From Candidatus Bathyarchaeota archaeon (GTDB taxonomy: Archaea; Thermoproteota; Bathyarchaeia; Bathyarchaeales; Bathycorpusculaceae): DNA of 64,000 bases. A program made the translations under genes and the position numbers. This document shows, one piece after another, positions 30,059-40,697 of the stretch. Positions within the stretch are counted from its first letter, which is position 1. Each line of letters begins with the position of its first letter. The notes beneath the pieces are model-generated. The model searched no databases and was not told where the DNA came from. It saw only the letters and a list, made by a program, of their open reading frames with translations. The stretch is taken from assembly GCA_963780185.1 (NCBI GenBank), contig CAWABA010000010.1, positions 1-64,000 of the forward strand. Direction: 5' to 3'.

Positions 30059-30162
30059 ACGTTGCACGCAAACACAGTTGATGCCCGCAAGAATTGTTTG
30101 TTTTTTTGTCTATTTGGCTCATCTAGATGTCCCTATTTGGATCCTCTAGAAAACCGTAGGGG
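30059..30162. repeat. Dispersed non-coding repeat, copy 1 (18-bp box plus two 23-bp tandem units)
   Basis: ACGTTGCACGCAAACACA and TGTCTATTTGGCTCWTCTAGATG units are shared with 55361-55460. Confidence 0.85.
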
Positions 30163-30301
30163 TAGCGGGGACGAAAAAAGAAAACGCCCTGTGGTGGTCT
30201 CTATATTTGTGGCAGAAGACCATCACAAAAGCGCAGAGAAATTAGTGTCTGTAGAGGGAATGGATAAGGTTTTGATTCGTCCCTCTGCAAAACAGTGCGC
30301 T

Positions 30302-31822
30302 TTAGGTGTGTTCTTTGTATTTGTTGAGTAGCTCGGTTCGCTGGTCGATGAGTTGTTGAAGGCTATTTTTGATTTTCTCTGTAACTTCTGCCATTGTTGT
30401 AACTTCTGTCACTACGGTGTTTGAATTCTTTCCTACGATTTCAACTTCGGCCAGTATTTCTTTAGCTGCGTTCTCAACTTTAGCTGCGTCGTCAACAACG
30501 CCAAAAGCCAGTTTTGCCATTTCCTTAGCTTCGCCGACAACGTTCTCAGTTACCTTGGCCACTTCTTCTGCAGTGCCTGAAACCTCTTTGGCTAATGCAG
30601 CCATTTCCTGTGAAGCGGCTGTTTGCTCCTCAATTGCTGAAGAGGATTCTTCTGATGCAGAAGAGCTTTCCTCAGCGATGCTGGCTACTTCTTCAATTGT
30701 TTTGACAACTGTGCCTATTGCCTCGAGTCCTCGATCAACACCCTTTGCGAGGTTGTTTACTTTGCCTGTCATTTCACCCATTATCTGAGCGATTCCTTCG
30801 GATTCATTGATTGCCCCTGAAACTACTCGTGCGCCTTCAGCTGCACCCGCCTGTGACTGTTGGGTAATGTTGCTTGTTTGGACGCCTGCTTCTTTGATGC
30901 CTTTTACCAGGTTAATTGCTGATCCTGCTGCGATTTTTGATTGACCTGCTAAGCCTTTCACGGCATCGGCGACTACTGCAAAGCCTCTGCCTGCTTCGCC
31001 AGCCCTAGCTGCTTCGATAGCGGCGTTTAATGCAAGCATGTTTGTTTGGCCCGCAATGTCTGATACGGAGTTAGCCATTTGTCCGACTTGCTCAACAGAA
31101 TTAACCATTGAAGTGACGGCTTCTGAAACTCGTGTAATGTTGTTTTTGATGTTCTCTATCGCTACTAGTCCTTTCTGGCCTTTATCGTTAGCTTCTTTTG
31201 ACTTCTTTAAAGCGTTCTCTGTTACTGCTGAAGCTTCTTTAGCAATAGTCCCTGCGTCGTCCATTACTTTCTTTAATGCTTCTGTGCTTCTGGCTGCGCT
31301 TTGCGATAATTCGGCTAGTTTTTGCGCGCCTGACGCTACTTGTTGAGAAGCAGTGCTGACTTGTTGCATGCCGACTGCCATTTGGTTTGAAACGTTTGCC
31401 GCCTGCCTACCCATCTCAGCTACTTTCGACGTTTCTCTTGTTGCGCCTTCTGCACCTACAGCCACTTTGTTTGCGACTTCTTCAACGTTCTTGGCGCTTG
31501 CACTTACCTTAACAACTATCGCTGTTGTGCCGATTGCCAACTCACCGACTTTACCGGCTGACTGCATTGCTTGGAATGCGAGATCTGCAGCTTTCGCCGC
31601 GTTTTGAATTGTCTCATCCGCCTGTACATTGATTTCTTGGGCGCCTTTTATGGCATCTTCAAGAATATCAACAATTTCTTTTCGAAGAGCTTTGTTCTCT
31701 TCTTGTAAGCATTCGTTTTCTTTTTCAAGTTTTTCTAATTGTTTTTCTAATTCGGGATTACTTTTTTCTCGGGTTTCGCCAGTCATTCTTAATACTTCCG
31801 TCTGTTTCCCTTTCTTTTGCAC
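30302..31822 (-). CDS. Soluble methyl-accepting chemotaxis protein
   Basis: [33 protein letters not shown] hairpin; no TM segments. Confidence 0.95.
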   Translation of the reverse strand: MQKKGKQTEVLRMTGETREKSNPELEKQLEKLEKENECLQEENKALRKEIVDILEDAIKGAQEINVQADETIQNAAKAADLAFQAMQSAGKVGELAIGTTAIVVKVSASAKNVEEVANKVAVGAEGATRETSKVAEMGRQAANVSNQMAVGMQQVSTASQQVASGAQKLAELSQSAARSTEALKKVMDDAGTIAKEASAVTENALKKSKEANDKGQKGLVAIENIKNNITRVSEAVTSMVNSVEQVGQMANSVSDIAGQTNMLALNAAIEAARAGEAGRGFAVVADAVKGLAGQSKIAAGSAINLVKGIKEAGVQTSNITQQSQAGAAEGARVVSGAINESEGIAQIMGEMTGKVNNLAKGVDRGLEAIGTVVKTIEEVASIAEESSSASEESSSAIEEQTAASQEMAALAKEVSGTAEEVAKVTENVVGEAKEMAKLAFGVVDDAAKVENAAKEILAEVEIVGKNSNTVVTEVTTMAEVTEKIKNSLQQLIDQRTELLNKYKEHT

Positions 31823-31879
31823 CTTTGTTTATAATTAGATTATGACCGTTGTATATTGATTCTAAATCAAGACGGAAAA

Positions 31880-32893
31880 TTAGTTGCAGGCTTTCATAAT
31901 TTCTTTTGGAATTAGCTCCAACGCGGCAACCACATCAACGCATCCGGTTTGAAAAGCAGCGTTAGGCATGCCATAGATGACGCTTGTTTTTTCGTCTTGA
32001 GCTATTGTTATTCCGCCTTTTTCTTTAATCGCTTTAATCCCTTTGGCGCCGTCTGCACCCATGCCGGTTAAGACGACCCCCACGTTCTTCTTTTCATTTA
32101 CCTGTGCCGTTGAAATCATAGTTACGTCAGCGGAAGGGCGGACAAAGTTAACTGGGGGATCCTTAGTCAATCTTATTTTTTTCTCTTTAGTCACAATCAT
32201 ATGGAAACCTCCCGGGGCAAGGAGAGCAAGACCTTCTTGAATTGTATCGCCGTTTTCTGCTTCCTTTACTCTGAATTTGCATTTGCCGTTCAGGTCTTCA
32301 GCGAAAAGTTTTGTTACCCCTGTGGGCATGTGCTGCACAATCAAGATACCTGGTACTTCCTTTGGAAGTATCTTTAGAACATTGGCAATTGCAGGCGGGC
32401 CGCCTGTGGAAGCCGCTATCGTTATTATCTTTTCACTGGATTTAATTGAAGAACTCAAGTTTTCATGAATTCTCTTATCTGTTTGTATGATGTTAGCGCG
32501 GGCCGCCGTTTTGATTTTCGAGATTAATTCGTCCTTTACTATTTGCATGTTGAGTGATATTGAACCTGATGGTTTAGCCACATAGTCAACCGCGCCATAT
32601 TCCAATGCCTTCAACGAGGTTTGGGCTTCTGTTGGCGTCAAAGCGCTGATCATTACAATTGGCAAAGGACTCGTTTGCATAATTCTTTGAACTGCAGTTA
32701 AACCATCCATCCGGGGCATTTCAATATCCATTGTAACAACATCAGGACGCAAACTAGCGATCTTCGAAAGTGCTTCTTCGCCGTCTCTTGCTGTCCCAAC
32801 AACTGATATTTCTTGATCTGAATGCAGTATATCCTGAAGAATCTTCTGCATAAACAAGGAATCGTCAACGACAAGTAGCTTGATTTGACCCAT
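31880..32893 (-). CDS. cheB: Chemotaxis methylesterase CheB
   Basis: REC domain (VVDDS, MDIEMP) plus ASTGGP, VQHMP, TGMGADG. Confidence 0.97.
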   Translation of the reverse strand: MGQIKLLVVDDSLFMQKILQDILHSDQEISVVGTARDGEEALSKIASLRPDVVTMDIEMPRMDGLTAVQRIMQTSPLPIVMISALTPTEAQTSLKALEYGAVDYVAKPSGSISLNMQIVKDELISKIKTAARANIIQTDKRIHENLSSSIKSSEKIITIAASTGGPPAIANVLKILPKEVPGILIVQHMPTGVTKLFAEDLNGKCKFRVKEAENGDTIQEGLALLAPGGFHMIVTKEKKIRLTKDPPVNFVRPSADVTMISTAQVNEKKNVGVVLTGMGADGAKGIKAIKEKGGITIAQDEKTSVIYGMPNAAFQTGCVDVVAALELIPKEIMKACN

Positions 32894-32944
32894 AAAGACC
32901 ACAAATAGAAACAAGATGGACGAAGCGAATTGGAACTCCTGGAT

Positions 32945-33460
32945 TTACGGTTTCGGTTGGTTTTCCACGTGGATTTGGAAGCCTCTGGATTCTTCTTTCA
33001 AGTTTCCAGAGTTTTTTGATGCTACCTTTACGAAGTCTATGAGGATAATCAGTTCTTTGTCGTGTTTGGCTACGCCCAGTACTGCTTCGGATTTATCAAC
33101 AATCAAGCTTTCGGGGTTCGATTCTATGTCCTTTTTTGAAAGGGTCAGGACTTCCATAACTGAATCGACCATTACGCCAACGGGGTGTTTATCTTGTACA
33201 ATAATCATGATGTTTGTGTTTTCATCTTTTTTGTCGCCTAATCCGAAACGTTTCCGCAAGTCTATAACGGGGATTACTTCACCGCGAAGGTTTGTTATGC
33301 CCTTGACGTAATCAGGCGCATACGGGACAGGAGTTACTCCTTCAAAGTTTTTTACTTCCCGAACCTGATTAACATTAACGCCATACAAGACGTTGTCTAG
33401 CGTAAATGTCAGCATCTGTATTTCTTCAATTTGGCTTAATTGTTCGTTCATATTTGCCAT
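32945..33460 (-). CDS. cheW: Chemotaxis protein CheW
   Basis: TPVPYAPDYVKGITNLRGEVIPVIDLRKRF, GVMVDSV. Confidence 0.97.
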   Translation of the reverse strand: MANMNEQLSQIEEIQMLTFTLDNVLYGVNVNQVREVKNFEGVTPVPYAPDYVKGITNLRGEVIPVIDLRKRFGLGDKKDENTNIMIIVQDKHPVGVMVDSVMEVLTLSKKDIESNPESLIVDKSEAVLGVAKHDKELIILIDFVKVASKNSGNLKEESRGFQIHVENQPKP

Positions 33461-33584
33461 CCATTCTTCACCTAGGCTTTTGAATTTAGTTAATGGCTAT
33501 TCTGAAGTGTTATAAGTCGATTATGAAAAGCAAGTACATATTTGAAATTCTTATCTTAAATCGGGGAAAAATACCTATTAAAAA

Positions 33585-33929
33585 TTAGACTATGTAGCTT
33601 GCATTTCCAACGTACGGAAGCTGGTTTCTCAGCCAGTCCTCGCTCATGAGACACCATTTTGAGTCGGTTCCCTCTATTTGTAACACCATGATTAAGTCCA
33701 GCTTATCCAACTTCGCGTATTCTAGGAGTACATCATAGGTGCTTTGGTTTATTTCAATGTCTAAATCCTGAGATCCATTATCTGCCGCTCGTTTAGCATG
33801 GAAAACATCTCTGATTTTGTCAGCCCCTTCTTGAATTTGCACGTTGACACCGTTGACATAATATATTTTGTCGTTGTAGCTGAGGATGACGTTTCGTGCG
33901 TTCCCCGCTTTCACTTCGGTATGCTCCAA
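33585..33929 (-). CDS. Hypothetical protein inside the che cluster
   Basis: 114-aa ORF co-oriented with the che genes; no motif recognised. Confidence 0.6.
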   Translation of the reverse strand: MEHTEVKAGNARNVILSYNDKIYYVNGVNVQIQEGADKIRDVFHAKRAADNGSQDLDIEINQSTYDVLLEYAKLDKLDLIMVLQIEGTDSKWCLMSEDWLRNQLPYVGNASYIV

Positions 33930-34110
33930 TTCTCAAATCTCCCATAAACTACTGATTCGAGAGAACAATAAATGTGTCTTCCAAAGTCGGAACATTATGA
34001 ATTTCGATTGATACGAATTAATTTGTTGAAAATTACTAACGATACAGGCTTTCTTGGGAAAGCTACGAGAGTATCCATCGAGTAAAAGAGCAGCAAAAAT
34101 CGAGCAGGTA

Positions 34111-36165
34111 CTATGCTTCTACACTTACTCGTTTCTTAAGCACTTTATTTACTAATTGACCCACATCCAAAACCAAAACAACTTGGCCATCACCAAGGAT
34201 TGTTGCTCCGCTTATACCGCTGAGTCCAGCGAAGGTTTCAGTTAACGATTTAACCAATATATCTTGTTGCCGCAGGACTGAATCGACTACTAGACCCATT
34301 TTGGTGTTTTCGTCTCCAAGGTAGGTTATAAGGAGCTCAAGTTCCTCTTCGTTTGAGTCTGGAAGGCTTAAAAGTTGGTGCAGATGAACCATTGGAATTA
34401 CGCGGTCCCTCACAATTATAGCGTTAGTTTTTCCCAGCGACTTGACATCGTTTCTTTTGACTCGAACGATTTCTGAAACTTGGTTTGTGGGTATGGCGAA
34501 CGTCTGTGTTGTATCTGTAACTAGAATTGCCTGAATAATTGCCAATGTTATCGGAAGTTTGATTACGGTTTTTGTTCCAGTTCCGATTTGGCTATCAACG
34601 TGAACGGTGCCGCCTAACGCGGAGATCTTTGTTTTAACGACGTCCATGCCAACGCCTCTTCCACTTGTCTCAGTAACCACTTTTGCGGTTGAGAAACCAG
34701 GGAGGAAAATAAGGTTGATTATTTGTTCTTCACTCATTTTTTCCAGTTCCGCTTGGCTTGCAAATCCCTTTTTGATAGCTGATTCTCTTATTTTCTTAGG
34801 GTCAATTCCGGCTCCATCATCTCGCACGTTGATTATCACGTGGTTGCCATTTCTCTGAGCTGAAAGCTTGATTGTCCCTGTTTCATTCTTGCCTGATTTT
34901 TTTCTGTCTTCAGGCGTTTCTATGCCATGGTCAACGCTGTTTCTGAGTAAGTGAATTAGAGGTTCTCCAATTTCATCAAGGACTGTTCGGTCAACTTCTA
35001 TGTCTCTTCCTTCCATGACCAAATCGATTTTCTTGCCTTCTTTCATCGATAAATCTCGGATAAGCCTTGGGAAGCGGTCGAAGATTTGGCTTATTGGAAC
35101 CATGCGTACTTGCATAACAAGGTCCTGCAAATCTGCTGTCAAGCGGTCGATGTTCTCAGTTATGCGTTTCAATGAGTCGTTTCGGCTGTCTGCCGTTACT
35201 TGGAGAAGAGCGATTTTGTTGATTACTAGCTCGCCTGCCCAGTTCATCAGTTTGTCCAATTGGTCAAACTTTACGCGTACGGTCTGTGTTGCTTGTTGGT
35301 CAGGGAGGACTTTTGTGATTTTTTTGTCTTCGATCGTTATCACGTAGTTGTTTTGAGGCTGCAGTTCATTTGGAATCTCTTTGCTGGACGAAACAGGACC
35401 GTTAAGGGACGAAATGCTGACGTTCTCTACTTCAAGAACATCCTTGGCGCATTTCTCGATAGTTTTTTCGTCGAATTTGCTGGTTAACACCAGTTTGAAG
35501 CCTTGGCTGAGGTTTTGTTCGTCAATTTCTTGATTGGCTGGAATGGTCTTGACTATTTTGGCAACATCAAGAATTTTGTCTAGGACCATGCCCGCTCGGA
35601 CGGTTTTGAAGTTACAATCATTGCTAAATTTAAGATTGATAACAAAACATTGTTCTCCAGCCAATTCTGCCTGCTGCAAAATACATTTTTCGTTCTCATT
35701 AAATTCAAAGTCACCATTCTTACGTTCTAACGACTTGGCAGTTTTCTTTTTGGCTGGCTTTGCATTTTTCGGTTCAGAATTTGCCAATTGCAGTTTATTT
35801 TTGAATGACTCAACCTTGATTTCTCCTTCGATTTTGTTCTGAATGTTTTCCAGTCGTTGCGATAAAGCGTCTACGCATTCCAGAATTGCGCTGGTTAGAT
35901 TGCTGGATAGTTGTTTGCCTTTTCGCATGTCGTCGAATACGTCTTCCATGCTATGGGTAAGTTCTTGAAAATCCTTGAAGCCCATCATGCCGGATGAACC
36001 CTTCAGCGTGTGGGCAGACCTGAAAAGCATGTTGATAACCTCTTGGTTTTCAGGTTCTTTTTCCAAAATCAACATAGACTTAGTTATTGAATCAATATGT
36101 TCCTTGGCCTCTTCTATGAATAACTGCCGATATTGATCATTGTCTAACGACAATCCACATTTCAC
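34111..36165 (-). CDS. cheA: Chemotaxis histidine kinase CheA
   Basis: FRSAHTLKG (Hpt), P2, HLLRNSVDHGIE, DDGAGID, SGRGVGMDVV, C-terminal CheW domain. Confidence 0.98.
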   Translation of the reverse strand: MKCGLSLDNDQYRQLFIEEAKEHIDSITKSMLILEKEPENQEVINMLFRSAHTLKGSSGMMGFKDFQELTHSMEDVFDDMRKGKQLSSNLTSAILECVDALSQRLENIQNKIEGEIKVESFKNKLQLANSEPKNAKPAKKKTAKSLERKNGDFEFNENEKCILQQAELAGEQCFVINLKFSNDCNFKTVRAGMVLDKILDVAKIVKTIPANQEIDEQNLSQGFKLVLTSKFDEKTIEKCAKDVLEVENVSISSLNGPVSSSKEIPNELQPQNNYVITIEDKKITKVLPDQQATQTVRVKFDQLDKLMNWAGELVINKIALLQVTADSRNDSLKRITENIDRLTADLQDLVMQVRMVPISQIFDRFPRLIRDLSMKEGKKIDLVMEGRDIEVDRTVLDEIGEPLIHLLRNSVDHGIETPEDRKKSGKNETGTIKLSAQRNGNHVIINVRDDGAGIDPKKIRESAIKKGFASQAELEKMSEEQIINLIFLPGFSTAKVVTETSGRGVGMDVVKTKISALGGTVHVDSQIGTGTKTVIKLPITLAIIQAILVTDTTQTFAIPTNQVSEIVRVKRNDVKSLGKTNAIIVRDRVIPMVHLHQLLSLPDSNEEELELLITYLGDENTKMGLVVDSVLRQQDILVKSLTETFAGLSGISGATILGDGQVVLVLDVGQLVNKVLKKRVSVEA

Positions 36166-36267
36166 CTTTATTGACTAGCCATATCCTTACCCGGCCATGT
36201 AGATGCAACAATCTGCTGCGACAGAGGTAATTTGTTATGGTGTGTCTCTCCCAAGACGCTCATAGCC

Positions 36268-37161
36268 TCAATTTGCCAATTTTAAGGGCTCATTTGCTTT
36301 CAGAGGTTTTCGGTAAACTCTGGTCAATTGATCCACGGGCAAGAATTTTGTTGCGGGTTCACCGCTTAATATTTCTGATTTTCCAGTGATGAAGTATCCT
36401 CCGCTTTTCAACGCTCTGTAGAAGTTCATGTGAATTTGTTGTTGGCTTTCCTTTGAGAAATATATCATTACGTTTCTGCACAGAATAAGATCCAGATTCT
36501 GATGTAACGGGGGAGTCATCAAATCAAATTCATGAAAGTGAATAATTTGCTTGACAAAATCCTTTATCTTATAAATTTCCCCTTCTTTACTGAAAAACTC
36601 GTCAAGTAAACCCGAGTCTAGACTGTTCAGTTGCCTCGAGATATACTCAGCCTTTGCCGCGTGAGATAACGCGTCTTTGTCAATATCCGAAGCATAGATG
36701 ATTACGGGATGATTGACTAATGATTCTTTAAGTGATTTACGTACCAAAATCGCTAAGGAGTACGGTTCTTCCCCCGAAGCGCAGCCTGCACTCCAAATTC
36801 TTGTGGGATTTGATGACTGAAAAATTTTCGGCAGCAACACCTTTTCAAGGTAATTGTAAACGTCGGTGTCCCTAAAGAACATCGTAAAGTTAATCGTCAA
36901 ATCATTAAGCAAGCTTTTGAATTCGTCAGGATTTTTCTTTAAGTAAACAAGGTACTTGCCATAGGTGAGGGCGCCTGTTGCTCTTAATCTGATTGTGAAG
37001 CGTCTCTTTAGAAATTCTTCTCGGTAACCAGAACAGTTTACACCAGCGTTATCAAGCAGCATTTTTTTTAATTTTTGAAAAGCTATTTTCTCCAAGAAGT
37101 CTGGGACCGAATCTGTTTTAACAGGCTGTTCTGTCAAAGTTTTCTTTACCTCAGTCAACAT
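36268..37161 (-). CDS. cheR: Chemotaxis methyltransferase CheR
   Basis: LTINFTMFFRD, IWSAGCASGEEPYS, DLILCRNVMIYF. Confidence 0.97.
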   Translation of the reverse strand: MLTEVKKTLTEQPVKTDSVPDFLEKIAFQKLKKMLLDNAGVNCSGYREEFLKRRFTIRLRATGALTYGKYLVYLKKNPDEFKSLLNDLTINFTMFFRDTDVYNYLEKVLLPKIFQSSNPTRIWSAGCASGEEPYSLAILVRKSLKESLVNHPVIIYASDIDKDALSHAAKAEYISRQLNSLDSGLLDEFFSKEGEIYKIKDFVKQIIHFHEFDLMTPPLHQNLDLILCRNVMIYFSKESQQQIHMNFYRALKSGGYFITGKSEILSGEPATKFLPVDQLTRVYRKPLKANEPLKLAN

Positions 37162-37170
37162 CTCTAACTA

Positions 37171-37848
37171 TCACGGGTTACTCAAATCAAGTTGGGTTTT
37201 TGATTTTTGAGCAAGTAGGTCCTTTAGTTCTTGGCTTGGGAAAATCATCAACATAGACCGAGCATCCTCGCCTGGACGTTTGAAGCGTGTTTCAAAAATC
37301 AAAGCGTTCTCAGAAAACATCGATTGTTTAATGAGGAAACTGTCGACGATGGCGTCAAAAGAATCTATCGTACTTTGAGGAGTCGATGGCAGAAGGGGTA
37401 AACCGACAAAGTCCGAGATTGCAGTTAAGAATGAACCGATCAAAATGTTAGCAAGTTCATGGATGGCTGATGTCTCCATGGCGGGATCAACTTCTTCGAT
37501 TGACGCTGCTGACGTCATCATTTTCACGATCTTTTTTGCTTCCGTCAGTTCGAACATCAATAAAATATCGCATCCATGCGTTTCCGATAGCTGCAGATAA
37601 ATGCCTATGGCTGGCATGTCATGCAAGTTATAGAATTTGGGAACTAAATGAGCTTTCATAGTGTTAGTTGTTGGTACATCTATCGCGATTGGCTGTTGAA
37701 GTACGTCCGATAGAGCCGTGGCTGCATGCCCTGCTCCTATGCTTCCAAGCTCCAAGAGAATGCTTAAATCAATATCTTGATCGCCAGGAAGCTTGAGTGC
37801 TTTTTGCACATTTGATTCAGTTTTTTCGATGTTCATTTGGTTTCTCAT
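37171..37848 (-). CDS. cheC: CheC family phosphatase
   Basis: ELGSIGAGHAATALS and SAIHELANIL..SFLTAIS. Confidence 0.93.
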   Translation of the reverse strand: MRNQMNIEKTESNVQKALKLPGDQDIDLSILLELGSIGAGHAATALSDVLQQPIAIDVPTTNTMKAHLVPKFYNLHDMPAIGIYLQLSETHGCDILLMFELTEAKKIVKMMTSAASIEEVDPAMETSAIHELANILIGSFLTAISDFVGLPLLPSTPQSTIDSFDAIVDSFLIKQSMFSENALIFETRFKRPGEDARSMLMIFPSQELKDLLAQKSKTQLDLSNP

Positions 37849-38333
37849 AGTTCTTTGACTTCTCCATTATGATGTCGTACAACTGTTTTACCTGAGGCAA
37901 CATTGAACGATATTCTTCGCCCCATGAAACCCCCTACGTCCTCAGCCGCCAACCTTATCCTGTGCTCGGCTAACGCAGTCTTGACTGCCCTAATATTTTT
38001 GCCGCCTATGTCTAAATGGTTGGGGCCTAAATTCGCGAACATGTTAGCGCCTCCAGCGATTTTAGCTGAAAGACGGGTTTGCTTTCCGTTAATTGCGTAT
38101 ATCGCGTTTATGAGGGCTGGGACTGCGGTGTTGGCAAACTTTGATGGAAGAGGTTCTTGTGCGCCATGTGCAGAGGTTGGAAGCATCACGTGAGCTAACC
38201 CCCCACATTTATGTACTGGATCATGCAGGCAGATTGCTACGCATGACCCAACACTTGTCAATAGCTCAACTGGTTTGCTTTCAACCTTCATATCTGCCAT
38301 GTCCACTCGAACCTCTTCCACCGTTGAATCCAT
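37845..38333 (-). CDS. cheD: Chemoreceptor glutamine deamidase CheD
   Basis: VGSCVAI, GGLAHVMLP, AKIAGGANMF, IGGKN, AEDVGG..GR. Confidence 0.95.
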   Translation of the reverse strand: MDSTVEEVRVDMADMKVESKPVELLTSVGSCVAICLHDPVHKCGGLAHVMLPTSAHGAQEPLPSKFANTAVPALINAIYAINGKQTRLSAKIAGGANMFANLGPNHLDIGGKNIRAVKTALAEHRIRLAAEDVGGFMGRRISFNVASGKTVVRHHNGEVKEL

Positions 38334-38472
38334 GTCAGCGGTTATCACAGGGCATGTTTCTAGCCCCAACTGTTGGTAGGCCAATACCAGGCTGCTTCCT
38401 CTTCCATGCGGCATGTTGAACCATGCTCTTCTACGCGTTTGCGTCGGGAGAAGAGAAAGCACACAGTACGCC

Positions 38473-38841
38473 TCAACAGTACTTCGAAAGTGCTTCAATT
38501 ACCTTCTGAGACTGGAAGGGCTTAATAACGAAATCTTTCGCACCTGACTTTATTGCTTCAGCAATCAACGACTGTTGACCCATAGAACTGCACATAATAA
38601 CCTTCGCCGACGGATCAGCTGCAACAATCTGCTTGAGCGCCTCAATACCATCTTTCGCTTTAGGCCCAGGAGGCATAATTATGTCCATAAGCACCAAATC
38701 CGGCTTCGACTGCTGAAACTGGCTAATAGCATCATCTCCATTTGCCGCTTCAGCAATAACCTCATGACCCGCCTGCAAGACTATTTTCTTAAGCACCGCT
38801 CTCATAAACGAAGCGTCATCAACTATCATTATAGTACCCGT
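38473..38841 (-). CDS. cheY: Response regulator CheY (start codon uncertain)
   Basis: IVDDASFMR, PDLVLMDIIMP, MCSSMGQQ, GAKDFVIKPF. Confidence 0.95.
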   Translation of the reverse strand, partial: TGTIMIVDDASFMRAVLKKIVLQAGHEVIAEAANGDDAISQFQQSKPDLVLMDIIMPPGPKAKDGIEALKQIVAADPSAKVIMCSSMGQQSLIAEAIKSGAKDFVIKPFQSQKVIEALSKYC

Positions 38842-39256
38842 TTTGTTCGCCCCTATCTTAAGATTTACGAAACTAAATAAAAGCGTTATGTAGTAGCACA
38901 CCATACCAATATACAATATTACGAAGCAATAAACAGAAACAAAAGGCGGACCATTTTTAAGATTCTGCAGAATACGCGAACATAGACGAAAAAGTTATCT
39001 TGAATTGACTCAGAAAGATTTTCAGCGGACCTTTGAATTCCTAGATTTATCAGCCGTCTGAGATGCTTGTCCTTTCGGTTTGTATAAACGGAAAAAAAAT
39101 AATGTTAGTGTCTGAAAAGGTAAAAAAAGGGTTGATGTATTTGATATGCTTTTCCCGAAAGATTCTCTGTTTGGACTTGGAATCCTTTGGTGTCGTCTTT
39201 CTGAAGCGAAGTAGCCCATGCGTAATCAATAAACCCCAAAGCGCGAAGGCTTCACA

Positions 39257-40282
39257 CTACTGTTGCTTGTTGAAGACAGCCTCGATGATTCTTCTAACAT
39301 CCGCCTGAACCTCCACGTTGTCGCTGGTTAACCCGATTATGGTTTCTTCAGCCGCCGTAACCGCGGTCATGCCATCGAAAACCAGCATCCCCCAATTAAT
39401 CAAGTCACCCAAAGAAGGCCCGTAGGGCAAATCACCAGACTTGTATTGCCTGCGAAGCTCCGCGCCTGCTTGGATGATTTTGTAAGCCGTGTCCTGGTCG
39501 ATTTTGGTTCTTTTCTTTAGCATGTCGACTTCGTGGGGTGAGATGGTTTCGCCTACGCTGAGGAAATCGAAGTTTATCCACACAGCCATGCGGCGTCTCA
39601 TGGCGGCGTTCAGGGGTTTGGTGCCTGAGAACTCGGCGGTGGCAGGGTTCATGCTGATGATCATGTAGCCGTATTTGTGGCGTTCGATGACTTCGCTGTC
39701 TTTCTCGTTCAAAACAAGGTGACCACGAGTATCCAAAACAGGATTCAACCGAGTCGCCACATCCTGCTTCATCATGTTAGCCTCATCCAAATACATAATC
39801 CCACCCTTACGCAACCACTGAGTCAACAAACCATCAACCCAATTCTCCTTACCCAAACCAATAAACCAACCAATCAAATCAAAAGAAGACGTAGACAAAC
39901 CACAATTAACCTCCCAAATCGGCAAACCAGTCAACTCAGCAACCAAATAGACAATGTGGGTCTTGCCTGTGCCTGACGGCCCAATTAAGCTGCACTGCTT
40001 GAAATAATACATCGCCCGCACAATACGTTCAACATAATGCTGCCCATGATCAAGATACTCGGGCGTGCCTTTAGGAATCATGTCATCCAAATGAGCAAAA
40101 CTAAAGTTCGGATGAAGATCATACTTCTGGATGGCGTACTTCTCGTAAAGAGGAGACTTAGACATCGGACGCTCCTTATCCAAAGAAACCGTAACTTTGA
40201 ACTTGTCCTCCTTATGCGAAGAAACCTCCTGAACCCTACTAACGTCACCCTTTTCTTTTAGCCCCTGATGCCCATAACTCAT
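39257..40282 (-). CDS. MoxR-type AAA+ ATPase (CbbQ/NirQ/NorQ/GvpN-like)
   Basis: GPSGTGKT Walker A, MYLDEAN Walker B, SMNP, PLNAAMRRR. Confidence 0.9.
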   Translation of the reverse strand: MSYGHQGLKEKGDVSRVQEVSSHKEDKFKVTVSLDKERPMSKSPLYEKYAIQKYDLHPNFSFAHLDDMIPKGTPEYLDHGQHYVERIVRAMYYFKQCSLIGPSGTGKTHIVYLVAELTGLPIWEVNCGLSTSSFDLIGWFIGLGKENWVDGLLTQWLRKGGIMYLDEANMMKQDVATRLNPVLDTRGHLVLNEKDSEVIERHKYGYMIISMNPATAEFSGTKPLNAAMRRRMAVWINFDFLSVGETISPHEVDMLKKRTKIDQDTAYKIIQAGAELRRQYKSGDLPYGPSLGDLINWGMLVFDGMTAVTAAEETIIGLTSDNVEVQADVRRIIEAVFNKQQ

Positions 40283-40697
40283 AAATGATCTTCTACCACT
40301 CGCTTTTTAAAAACGGATAAATAAATATTGTGTATTGTGAATTGGTAGTCGATATACTCTAAACTGCAAAAACTTCGAAACAAAAAGAGCCAATGGTAAA
40401 AAGAACATGAAACATAGATTTCAACGGCCACTTGGGGCTGTTTGCTCTGCGCCCATCACACATTCGAAGCTTACACAGATCCTAAGGGTGGGGGCGGCTC
40501 AGTGGTCGGGGAAGGAGCGAAGTTGAAGCCAGGTCTTTGAGCTGTAAAAAAGTGTTGAGTCAACTGGCAGTTGCCTTTGAATCCAGTGCTAAAATGTGGG
40601 GGGACAGCGAATTGATAAACTTCAACGTCTCTGCTATGGTTCACGTGAGCTTCCTCCATCCAAAAGAATTCAAAGACGGGCGTGGTTAGCTTTTAGT

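Noticed and set aside
39257-40282. GvpN of a gas vesicle cluster
   Set aside because: No gvpA or other gvp genes in the window; only the general MoxR-type assignment is supported
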